Part shown: one piece after another, positions 47,986 to 56,536 of the stretch
Position numbering within the stretch: position 1 is the stretch's first letter
How the letters are laid out: every line of letters begins with the position of its first letter
Assembly (NCBI GenBank): GCA_045863855.1
Contig: BTVV01000008.1
Span: 40,668-104,667, forward strand
DNA length: 64,000 nt
Origin: Planctomycetota bacterium
GTDB lineage: Bacteria > Planctomycetota > SZUA-567 > H5-PLA8
Reading direction: 5' to 3'
The notes under the pieces: model-generated
Databases searched by the model: none
The model's input: the letters and a program-made list of their open reading frames with translations, nothing else
Told to the model about the DNA's origin: nothing
Position numbers and translations under genes: made by a program

Positions 47986-50049
47986 ATGAACAAGAAGACC
48001 AAGCCTCGCAAGAAAACTCAATCGTCCAAGATCCCCGATCGTGCCCGGCGCCCAAGCGTCCCCCGTGATCCCGAAGCCCAACGCCGCATACGGCGGATGA
48101 TCCGTCCTCCCGAGTTGAACAAACACGAGCAAGTCTTCTGGTCGGTAGGCTACGGCGACGAACTCTGGGACCTGTTCTGCGCGTGCATCGCGGGCGATCT
48201 GGGCGCGGTCAAGAAGCTTCTGGCACGCGATCCGGCGCTGGCGCGCGCTCACTACGAGTACCGCACGCCGCTCTCCTTTGCCGTGCGCGAGAACCGTCTG
48301 GAAGTCGCCGCATGGCTGCTCGATCACGGCGCCGCGCCGTTCGGCGTGGGCGGCGATCTGATTCGTACGGCGAAAGACCGCGGCTACGCCGAGTTGCAGG
48401 CCATGCTCGAGTGCCGTTTGGCGGAACGCCACGGCGCTTCCCGTAAGGGCGAGCGCATCGCCGCCGCGATCCGTGCGCGCGACCCGGTTCAAGTGCGCGC
48501 GCTGCTCGACGCCGAACCCGACCTCCTGCACGCCGGCGACGAACGCTCCAACCGGCCGATCCACTGGGCCGTTATGACCCGCCAGCCCGACTTGATCGAC
48601 GAACTCCACGCCCGCGGGGCGGACCTCGAAGTGCAGCGCGGCGACGGCGCGCGCCCGATCCAACTCACCAACGGCGACTATCACTTTCGTGGCTGGCGCG
48701 ACGTGCCCAAGGACCGTGCCCCGAGCCCGCGGGAAATCTACGAGCACTTGCGCGCTCGCGGCGCGACGGTGGACCTATGCACCGCTTGCCATTTCGGCGA
48801 TCTGAAGCGTGTGTGCGCGCTGCTCCGGAAAGACCCCAAGCTCGCCAACCGGCCTTCGGATTACGTCACCTATTACGCCTGCTCCGGCACCCCGCTGCGC
48901 AACGCCGCCGGCGGCGGGCACCTCGAGATCGTCAAGCTGCTTCTCGATCATGGCGCCGATCCCAACCTGCCCGAGGAAGAGATCGCGCCGCGCGGGCACG
49001 CGCTCCATATGGCTGTCTGCAACGGGCACATCGAGATCGTCCGCTTGCTGCTGGAACGCGGCGCGCTGCCGAACGTCGAGATCGAAAGTTCCGCCGACAC
49101 GCTCAGCGCCGCGCTATCGCGGGGCAACAAGCCGATGGTCGAGCTGCTGTGCTCTTACGGCGCCGCGCGGCCCGTGCACTTGCTCGCATACAGCGGCGAT
49201 ATCCAGACGGCCGCGGCCGTCTTCGCCGCGAACCCCGAAAAGGCGGACAACCCGCATGCCCTCGAATGCGCCGCCGGGCAGGGCCACGAAGGCTTCGTCC
49301 GTCTGATGCTGCGCCACAAGCCCAAGCTCGCCCAACGCGTGGCCGTCGGCGTGCGCCACCGCGGGCCGGGCGATCCCGTCAAGACCAAGAGTCTGACCGA
49401 GCATCTCTTCGAGCAGGGCATGGATCCCAATTTCCCGAGCTGGCTGCGCATCACGCCGCTGCATCGCTTCGCCGAGATCGGCGACGTCGAGAACGCCGCG
49501 ATCTTCATGGCTCACGGCGCCAACCCCAACTTGGTGGATCTGGAATTTCAATCCACGCCCCTGGGCTGGGCCGCGCGTTGCGGGAAGGCGCGCATGGTCG
49601 AATACCTCCTGAATCACGGCGCGAACCCCGCGCTTCCCGCCGCGCCCGCTTGGGCGCGGCCCCGAGCGTGGGCCCAAACGCGCGGGCATGCCGAGGTGCT
49701 CCGGATCCTGGACGCATTCGAAGCTTCGGGCCAGCTTCCGCGCCGTGTGTTGGAGGAGTACGAAGCGCTGGCGCGGGATTGGCAGGACGCCTACGCCACG
49801 GGCGAAGCCGGAGCCATACAACGCCTTGGCGGTCACTTTCAATTCGAACGCGACGGCGAATGGGACCGCCGGCCGCTCCATGAACGCGCGCAACGCTTGA
49901 AGCGCCATGCGCGCGATCGGTTGCTGAAGCACGAACCCGCGGCCGGGGAGCCCGACACGCTGACTCCGGATGAAGCACGGTCGCTGGTTGCTCGCGCGCA
50001 CGGTTACGAGGCGTGGAACGAACTCGTTCGAAAGAGCGCGAAATCGTAG
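47986..50049 (+). CDS. Ankyrin repeat protein
   Basis: Multiple ANK repeats (TPLSFAV...LLDHGA; TPLRNAAGGGHLEIVKLLLDHGADPN; TPLGWAARCG...LLNHGANP). Confidence 0.9.
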   Translation: MNKKTKPRKKTQSSKIPDRARRPSVPRDPEAQRRIRRMIRPPELNKHEQVFWSVGYGDELWDLFCACIAGDLGAVKKLLARDPALARAHYEYRTPLSFAVRENRLEVAAWLLDHGAAPFGVGGDLIRTAKDRGYAELQAMLECRLAERHGASRKGERIAAAIRARDPVQVRALLDAEPDLLHAGDERSNRPIHWAVMTRQPDLIDELHARGADLEVQRGDGARPIQLTNGDYHFRGWRDVPKDRAPSPREIYEHLRARGATVDLCTACHFGDLKRVCALLRKDPKLANRPSDYVTYYACSGTPLRNAAGGGHLEIVKLLLDHGADPNLPEEEIAPRGHALHMAVCNGHIEIVRLLLERGALPNVEIESSADTLSAALSRGNKPMVELLCSYGAARPVHLLAYSGDIQTAAAVFAANPEKADNPHALECAAGQGHEGFVRLMLRHKPKLAQRVAVGVRHRGPGDPVKTKSLTEHLFEQGMDPNFPSWLRITPLHRFAEIGDVENAAIFMAHGANPNLVDLEFQSTPLGWAARCGKARMVEYLLNHGANPALPAAPAWARPRAWAQTRGHAEVLRILDAFEASGQLPRRVLEEYEALARDWQDAYATGEAGAIQRLGGHFQFERDGEWDRRPLHERAQRLKRHARDRLLKHEPAAGEPDTLTPDEARSLVARAHGYEAWNELVRKSAKS

Positions 50050-50062
50050 CGGCCGATAGGAG

Positions 50063-51361
50063 CTATTCCGCGGCGCCGGAATTGCGTTCCTTCAGCATCC
50101 GGATGCGCGGTGCGCGGTGCGGGCGCAGTTCGGGTACCGCGCCGCTCACGGCTTCCGTCGACTGCGGTCCGCCCGACTTCGTGGTGCTTGTCGTCGTGTC
50201 CACTTCCAGGAAATGCTTGATCTTCACCGCCGTGAGCGCCGCGCCCGTTGCCGGATCGCGCATGTAAACCTTCACGTGCTGCGCCGGATCCGTCATCTCA
50301 AGCCGCGCCAGGCTGCGCCCCATGTCGTACAGCAGCCGGTCGCAATGCAGGACGTTTCCCGCGCCGATCAGTTCCACGCGCCCCTTGCACTCGATGCTTT
50401 CCAGGCTGCCGGTGAACAGTCCGCTCGGCCCCGGCGCCGCTTCGACGTTCGGCTCGGTGCTCTGCACCTTCAGGATCAATTCGTCCGTCCAGATCTTCAG
50501 GCTCGCCTGCTCGACCTGTACGTTGCGACGCAGCGTCAGCTTGCCGCTGTAGCTTTCGAAGAGCATCTCGCCGTCGCACGAGATCGTGATGATGCCGCCG
50601 CCGGCAACCGAAAACGAGGGCACCAGACTTCCGGCAACGGGCGCGTCCGGTTCGGCGGTCTTCTCCGGTTCGGGCATGCGCACTTCGGCCAGCGCGCCGC
50701 CCAACGCGCGGTACGTATCCAGCCGCAGGTCCATCACGAACTTGAACGCCTGCAGCGCGTTCTCGCCGCTGCCCAGCGTCGCCGGCTTGCCTTTCTCCAC
50801 GTCGCCCGAAACCGTGATCGTCTGCTTCGTCAGCCGGCCTTTTTCGTCGAAGCGCGATTCGTACTCCAGCGTCTCGCCCTTGGCCCACTGCCCCGGCAGT
50901 ACGATTTCCACTTTGCCGGTGGCCCGCAGCATCTCCACGTCGCCCGACGCGATGTCGCGCTCCACGCCGATCGAATCCCCGCGCAGCACCACGCCCGTCG
51001 ACGGCTGTTCGATCTCCACGCTGTCGCGCAGCGTCAGGACTTCCTTGCGCGCCGGCTTCCCGTCCTCGCCCTTCACCTCTTTTTCGATGCGCGAGAACGG
51101 CCCCAGCGCCTGGATCACGCCGTCGCCGCCGGTCACGTCCAGCGGGCTTGCGGCCGCGGCCGGATCGGGCTTCGGCTTCTCCTTTTCCGGCTTCTTCGGA
51201 CCGCCGGGGGAGGGGAGCTTCCACGGAAAGATTCCGCTGCGCGGCACCGGAACGCGCTGCAATTCCGCTTCGGTAATCGTGAACCCCGGCGCGGGCTCGC
51301 CCGCCTGCAGCGCGCCGGCGCAACCGGCCAGAAGCAGTACGGCCGTCAGGCGGAGGCTCAT
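50063..51361 (-). CDS. LptA/OstA-like beta-jellyroll periplasmic protein
   Basis: Signal peptide; repeats such as LRATGKVEIV...AKGETLEY and LTLRRNVQVEQASLKIWTDEL; lies downstream of kdsD-kdsC. Confidence 0.65.
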   Translation of the reverse strand: MSLRLTAVLLLAGCAGALQAGEPAPGFTITEAELQRVPVPRSGIFPWKLPSPGGPKKPEKEKPKPDPAAAASPLDVTGGDGVIQALGPFSRIEKEVKGEDGKPARKEVLTLRDSVEIEQPSTGVVLRGDSIGVERDIASGDVEMLRATGKVEIVLPGQWAKGETLEYESRFDEKGRLTKQTITVSGDVEKGKPATLGSGENALQAFKFVMDLRLDTYRALGGALAEVRMPEPEKTAEPDAPVAGSLVPSFSVAGGGIITISCDGEMLFESYSGKLTLRRNVQVEQASLKIWTDELILKVQSTEPNVEAAPGPSGLFTGSLESIECKGRVELIGAGNVLHCDRLLYDMGRSLARLEMTDPAQHVKVYMRDPATGAALTAVKIKHFLEVDTTTSTTKSGGPQSTEAVSGAVPELRPHRAPRIRMLKERNSGAAE

Positions 51362-54147
51362 GGCTGGGCGCTCCTTTTACGCAGGTCCTGCGGTTTGGCG
51401 TCGCGCGGCAGCGGCACCACGCCCTGGTACGGCGTCAGCAGAATGCGTTCCGCCGGCCGGAAGGCGCCCAGCTTCCCGTCGTAGTCGAGACGGTGCTTCG
51501 CCCAAAGCAGTTTCGTGCCGCCGTTCGTTTCCTTGATGTAGATCTGCACCCAATGCTCGCGGTCGTTCATCTTCAAGAATGCCTGATCGTCGATCATATC
51601 GAAGTACACGTGATCGCATTGAACCACCTGTGAATCCGTCACCACTTCCAGCCGGCCCAGGCACTCGATCGAGCGCGGCGTGCCGGAGAACATCCCCGTC
51701 GTCTCGGCCTTCTTCTTCTCGTCCTTCTTATCGTCTTTTTTGTCGTCCTTGTTTTCTTCCTTCTTGCCCTCGGCTTTCGCGTCTTTCGGCGCGAGCTTCT
51801 CTTTCGGCTTGGGCTGATCGAGGCGCAAATACAGTTCGTCCGCGACGATCCGCATCTGGTCTTGGTACACGTGGACGTTCTTCGAAATCTTGAGCAGCCC
51901 CGAAGTCCCGTCGAAAAGCAGGTCGCCGTCGCATTGGAAATTGAGCTTCCCGCCGCCGGCCAGCGAAAGGCCCGGCATCAGCGCTGCGCCGCCCGCGGCC
52001 TCTTCCGGTTTCGTCGGCGTCGGCGGAGCCGGCAGCGCCACGCGCGCAACCACGCCGCGGTAGGCGCGGAAGCGGTTATTCAGCGCGTCGATCGCGAACT
52101 CAGGGCCCGCGATCGCGCTCCCCCCCTGCCACAGCATCGCCTGCTGACCCGGAGCGGCCTTGACCGAAAGAATGTTCTCGATCAGCTTGCCTTCGGGGCT
52201 GTAGCGCAGGCCCGCGGTGAGCTTCTCGCCTTTTACCTGCAAGTCTTCCAGACGCACCAGCACCTGGCCTTCGCCTTCCATTCGTTCGAGCCGTCCGCTC
52301 GAAGCATCGCGCTCGACGCTCAGCCGCTTGCCCTGAATCAGCAGCCCGCGCGCTTCCTGTTTGATCGAGACGTCGCCGTCCAGCGAGAGGATTTCCTTCT
52401 CGCGCACCGCCTGATCCGGCGGTCCCGGCGGCGCGTAAAGTTTCCGTGCGAACTCCCCATACCATTCGATCGCCAGTTCGCCCGCGCCCAGGTCGAGGAT
52501 ATGGCCCGCCGGGTTGGGGCTCTCGGGCGTCTTCGGCGTCTTCGGCGCTTCGCCTTCCGCCGGCGGCTTGCTGCTCAGGAGGCTCATCGCGCCAGGACGG
52601 ATCACCAGCCGCTTCTTGCCCCACGTGGGCATCGAGAGCATCTGGTCGCGCCGCGAGATCACGCACTTCGGCGTATACAGTTCGCCCATCTCGTCCACGA
52701 TCTCGAGCGGGTTGTTGGCGATCCCCTCCAGCGTCACCGCGTCGGTGCGCCCGTCGAAATAGATGCGCTGGCAGTCGATCCGGAACGGCTGCCGCGGCTT
52801 TTCCAGAGGCGTACCCGCCGGCGGCGTCTTCACGCCCCCGATGCGAACCTGCCCCAGCGCCTCCGCGTATTCCGGGAACATCGTCGCCGCCAGCCCCGAC
52901 GGATATTGGATGCAAAGGTGCGTGCAGGTCAGATCCGCGTGCGTCGCGTCCGGAGGCAACTTGCCGTCCGGTCCGGGCAAGGGGCGGCGCAGCATCTTCA
53001 CGCCGTTCAGGAACTCGAAGCGCCGCGCCAGGACCACGTCGGCATTCGGATCGCTCGTTTTGATCAGATGCGGCAGCACCGCCAGGTCCAGCACTGCCGG
53101 CCCGTTGCAGTGAACTTCCGTCCGAGACCGCGCTTCCGGCACGGCCGGCTCTTCCGTGGCCGGCGCCGGTTCGGGAGCAGCCGTCGCGCTCGCTTGCGCC
53201 TGCTGGAACGGAATCAGTGCCGAACCCATCCCTTCGGCCACCACCTGAATGTTGCGCCGGAAAACCACCCGCCGCCGCTCGACCGTCGTCGTCCCCACGC
53301 GCTGCCCGTTTACCTGCAGCGGATACGGGTCGTCGCGCGTGCTCGTTTCGAGCACCATGCCTTCGGCCTGGATGTCGATCGAATTCTTCGAACCGTCGGC
53401 GTTGAACGCGAGAAAGCGCCCGCGCACCAGCGGATCGGGCTCGCCTTCCTTTTCGGAAAGCACGAACAGCACCAGTTCGCTGCTGCCTGTCGTCGGATTG
53501 CGCCACGTCCGCCAGCGCAGCCGCTGGCAGCTCAGGACGCCCGTCGGCTCCAGCTTGTCCCCCGGCAGGTCGTCGGCGTAAATCTCCAGCACCACACCGC
53601 CGGTGGCTTCGCCTTCGGCGTTTTCCATGTCGATCACGCCGCCCTGAGCCGTGATCGCCACGCGCCCGCGCGGCAGGCTGATCGGAATCGCCGCGGCCGC
53701 CGTCGGCGCCGACCCAGGTGGACCGGCCGATCGCATCGTCTGCGAGACGGCTTCCACCGACTTCGGCGAAATGTAGTAGCAGATCCGCAGCAGGCTCAGC
53801 TTGATCTTCTTGTCTTCGCGGATTGCGTCGTCAGCGCTCAGTTCCAGCACCAGTTCGCGCGTCGAACCTTCGCCCGCGTACACCTCGGTGCTCACTCCGC
53901 GTCCGCCGAGGAACCCTTCCATCATCATGCTGTCGGTGCGTGGCGCGATACCGCCGGTGGCTTCCAGCGGCAGCCGCGCGCGCCGCTGCGCGTCGTCCCA
54001 CAAGTTCAAGCGTTCGGAAACACGGAAGACGTCGTTGACCAGCAACTCGCCGGGCGCCGGATTCCCGTGCGCCGGCGCCGCTTCGCCTGCGCGCGCCAGC
54101 GCGGCAAACAAGAGCAGCATCGAAAAGTACGCGTACCGCATCCGCAT
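51358..54147 (-). CDS. Very large LptC/LptA(OstA)-like multi-jellyroll exported protein
   Basis: Signal peptide; repeated OstA-like strands (AITAQGGVID..GEATGGVVL; AEALGQVRI; MEGEGQVLV..VKGEKL; SIECLGRLEV..CDHVYFD); abuts kdsC. Confidence 0.6.
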   Translation of the reverse strand: MRMRYAYFSMLLLFAALARAGEAAPAHGNPAPGELLVNDVFRVSERLNLWDDAQRRARLPLEATGGIAPRTDSMMMEGFLGGRGVSTEVYAGEGSTRELVLELSADDAIREDKKIKLSLLRICYYISPKSVEAVSQTMRSAGPPGSAPTAAAAIPISLPRGRVAITAQGGVIDMENAEGEATGGVVLEIYADDLPGDKLEPTGVLSCQRLRWRTWRNPTTGSSELVLFVLSEKEGEPDPLVRGRFLAFNADGSKNSIDIQAEGMVLETSTRDDPYPLQVNGQRVGTTTVERRRVVFRRNIQVVAEGMGSALIPFQQAQASATAAPEPAPATEEPAVPEARSRTEVHCNGPAVLDLAVLPHLIKTSDPNADVVLARRFEFLNGVKMLRRPLPGPDGKLPPDATHADLTCTHLCIQYPSGLAATMFPEYAEALGQVRIGGVKTPPAGTPLEKPRQPFRIDCQRIYFDGRTDAVTLEGIANNPLEIVDEMGELYTPKCVISRRDQMLSMPTWGKKRLVIRPGAMSLLSSKPPAEGEAPKTPKTPESPNPAGHILDLGAGELAIEWYGEFARKLYAPPGPPDQAVREKEILSLDGDVSIKQEARGLLIQGKRLSVERDASSGRLERMEGEGQVLVRLEDLQVKGEKLTAGLRYSPEGKLIENILSVKAAPGQQAMLWQGGSAIAGPEFAIDALNNRFRAYRGVVARVALPAPPTPTKPEEAAGGAALMPGLSLAGGGKLNFQCDGDLLFDGTSGLLKISKNVHVYQDQMRIVADELYLRLDQPKPKEKLAPKDAKAEGKKEENKDDKKDDKKDEKKKAETTGMFSGTPRSIECLGRLEVVTDSQVVQCDHVYFDMIDDQAFLKMNDREHWVQIYIKETNGGTKLLWAKHRLDYDGKLGAFRPAERILLTPYQGVVPLPRDAKPQDLRKRSAQP

Positions 54148-54732
54148 TCAGCTCTCGCGTCCCAAGTACGCCGCCAGCGTCCGTTCCCACGTCCCGTCCG
54201 CGCGCATCTGCAGCAAGTGCTCCAGAATCTGCCGCACCGCGCCGCGCCCGCCGTTCGCCGCGGCGATTCCGTGGCAGACTTCGCGCACCTGCGGGCGTGC
54301 ATCGGCCGGACAGCCCGCCCACGCCGCCTCGCGCAGCACCGGCCAGTCGATCAAGTCGTCGCCCACGTATGCCGCTTCGGAGAGTTGGACGCCCGAAGCC
54401 GCCAGCAGCCTCGCGAAACCTTGGCGCTTTCCGATCACCCCTTGTAACACCCGCTGGGGCGGGATCTTAAGCTCGGCCGCCCGGCGTTCCACCAGCTTCG
54501 ACGTACGGGCCGTCAGGAGCCCCACCTCCAGCCCCGCCAGCCGCGCCAGCACGATCCCCGCACCGTCCTGCACGTAGAAGGTTTTGGCCTCTACCCCGTT
54601 CTCGTCCAGCACGATCCCGCCGTCGGTCAGCGTTCCGTCCACGTCAAGCACCACCAGCTTCAACGCGCGATACACCTCCGCACCGGGAAACCCGCGCCCG
54701 CCCGGCCGAACTTCCTGAGGATACTCCGCCAT
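54148..54732 (-). CDS. kdsC: 3-deoxy-D-manno-octulosonate 8-phosphate phosphatase
   Basis: LDVDGTLTDG, KTFYVQDGAGI, VERRAAEL, YVGDDLID, GGRGAVRQ. Confidence 0.92.
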   Translation of the reverse strand: MAEYPQEVRPGGRGFPGAEVYRALKLVVLDVDGTLTDGGIVLDENGVEAKTFYVQDGAGIVLARLAGLEVGLLTARTSKLVERRAAELKIPPQRVLQGVIGKRQGFARLLAASGVQLSEAAYVGDDLIDWPVLREAAWAGCPADARPQVREVCHGIAAANGGRGAVRQILEHLLQMRADGTWERTLAAYLGRES

Positions 54733-54757
54733 CGCATTCCCTTCCGCCCTGCCGGTT

Positions 54758-54841
54758 CCCCCCTCCCAGTGTTTAGGAGGAGTAGGCGGGCCGTAGCTCC
54801 GTGCCTTTTCCCCTCCTTCGTTCAAGGAGGGGTAGGGGAGG
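54758..54841. repeat. Two REP-like CCCCTCC...GGAGGGG palindromic units
   Basis: CCCCTCCTT-CGTTC-AAGGAGGGG-TAGGGGAGG (54810-54841), preceded by a degenerate copy CCCCCTCCC...GGAGGAGTAGGCGGG. Confidence 0.5.
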
Positions 54842-54931
54842 TGCCCTTACCGTTCGCCAAGCCTCGCGTGAGGTTCCAGAGAACTCGGATCGGCGCCCTG
54901 GCTCTTGCCGTTCAAGCCCCAATCCAAAATC

Positions 54932-55975
54932 CTACAACACCGGCAAGCTCACCAAGTCCTGAATATCCAGCAGCCCCACCACGCGCCCGCGGCGGTCCAG
55001 CACCGGCAGCACGTTGATCCGCTTCGCGCCCATCAGTTCCTGCGCTTCGGCCACCAGCGTCTCGGCGCCGATCGAGCGGCACGGGCTGGTCATGTGCGCG
55101 CCGACCCGCGCGCGGAACTGCGCCGGATCGGACAGCATCAGGCGCCGGAAATCGCCGTCGGTAAAGATCCCGCGCAGCCGCCTGCGCGCATCGATCACCA
55201 CCGCCGCTCCGCAGCGCGCCTTGGTCATGCGGTCGAGGGCCTCGCCCACCGGCGTCGTCTCGCGGATCAGCACCAGCCGCTCGCCCTTGCGCATCAGATC
55301 CTGCGACTGCATCAGCTTCCGGCCCAGCGCTCCGCCCGGATGCAGCCGCGCGTAATCTTCGAGCGTGAACTTGCGCGCTTTCAGCACGCACAGCGCCAGC
55401 GCGTCGGCCAGCGCCAGCATCGCCGTCGTCGAAGCGCTCGGCGCCAGCCGCAGCGGGCACGGTTCCTCGATCCGGCCGATCTCCAGTACGATATTCGCCG
55501 CGCGCGCCAAGGCCGAATTCGGACGGCCCGTCACCGAGATCACGGCGGCGCCGGCCTTCTTGACCGAAGGCAGCAGCCGCAGCACTTCTTCGGACTCGCC
55601 CGAATTGGAGAAGACGATCAGCACGTCCTGCCCGGTCACCATGCCCAGGTCGCCGTGCACCGCTTCCGCCGGATGCATGAACAGCGCCGGCGTCCCGGTG
55701 CTGGCCAGCGTCGCGCAGAACTTCTGCGCCATCAGGCCGGCCTTGCCCATCCCCGTGCCGACGACACGCCCGTTCCCGTTCGCGCCGCGCTTCAGGATCA
55801 GTTCGGCGGCTTTGAGGAAAGCCGGCCCGACGTGCTTCGTCAGGTTCGCGACGGCCTTCGCTTCCGCCCGCAGCACCTGCTTGGCGAAGTTCAGATCGAT
55901 CCGCGCCGAACCGCGCTGGAACCGCCGCAGCGCCGCAACCCCGTCCGCTTGGCTATTCTTTGCCCGTCCCGCCAT
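54932..55975 (-). CDS. kdsD: Arabinose-5-phosphate isomerase (KpsF/GutQ family, SIS plus 2 CBS)
   Basis: TGMGKAG, TLASTGTPALFMHPAEAVHGDLG, SNSGES, LAPSASTT, HPGGALG, GIFTDGDFRR. Confidence 0.94.
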   Translation of the reverse strand: MAGRAKNSQADGVAALRRFQRGSARIDLNFAKQVLRAEAKAVANLTKHVGPAFLKAAELILKRGANGNGRVVGTGMGKAGLMAQKFCATLASTGTPALFMHPAEAVHGDLGMVTGQDVLIVFSNSGESEEVLRLLPSVKKAGAAVISVTGRPNSALARAANIVLEIGRIEEPCPLRLAPSASTTAMLALADALALCVLKARKFTLEDYARLHPGGALGRKLMQSQDLMRKGERLVLIRETTPVGEALDRMTKARCGAAVVIDARRRLRGIFTDGDFRRLMLSDPAQFRARVGAHMTSPCRSIGAETLVAEAQELMGAKRINVLPVLDRRGRVVGLLDIQDLVSLPVL

Positions 55976-56075
55976 GAACCGTTCCCCGAAATCAAGCCTG
56001 CCCACGCCACACCCGCGGCGCGCCACCCGAAAGGAAGGTGCGATGAAACCGGCGTGAAAGAAGCGCTTCAGCGAA

Positions 56076-56404
56076 TTACGCCCGGCTTAAATACGCTCGC
56101 CATGGGGCGAAATAATACTTCTCCAAGCCCTGCGTGACACCCGCAAAATCGGACGCCGGTACGTTCACCTGCGAGAATTCCAACCGCGTGCCCTTGCCCT
56201 CGGGGAAGTAAGGTGAGGACCAAGGTCGAGTCCAGCTCGCGAGCCTTCCAGTTCGCCGAACGCGCTGAACACCGACCCCGGTTTCTTCCCGATCTTGACC
56301 GGCGCCCCCGTCATCGCCGCATGCGTCTTGGGATTCAGATACATCGCCCAAGCCTAAGCGGGCTTGATCGGCAGGGAGCAGGCCAGTGTGAGGATGCGGG
56401 GCAT
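56076..56404 (-). pseudogene. Disrupted SRPBCC/AHSA1 (activator of Hsp90 ATPase-like) gene
   Basis: GGAGG SD and ATG 56404 give MPRILTLACSLPIKPA*(TAG 56354-56356)AWAMYLNPKTHAAMTGAPVKIGKKPGSVFSAFG. A second frame reads NWKARELDSTLVLT and a third FPEGKGTRLEFSQVNVP..GLEKYYFAPWRAYL. Confidence 0.78.
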
Positions 56405-56477
56405 CGACATCCTCCAAGAATGGAAAAGCAATTAGGGGAGATTATTTGAATAGAATTCGATGCGCGTATCTATCCGT

Positions 56478-56533
56478 CGCAATCCGCAATCCGCAATCCG
56501 CAATCCGCAATCCGCAATCCGCAATCCGCAATC
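56478..56533. repeat. Perfect heptamer tandem repeat (CGCAATC)x8
   Basis: Directly visible; ends 3 nt from the stop codon of the E1 gene. Confidence 0.97.
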
Positions 56534-56536
56534 CCA

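Noticed and set aside
56354..56356. In-frame TAG as pyrrolysine or readthrough
   Set aside because: The same gene has frameshifts and an apparent deletion, and many intact genes here end in TAG; simple decay is more likely.
56478..56533. CRISPR array
   Set aside because: 7-nt units with no spacers and no cas genes; the 91-94 aa IRNPQSA ORFs over it are repeat translations.
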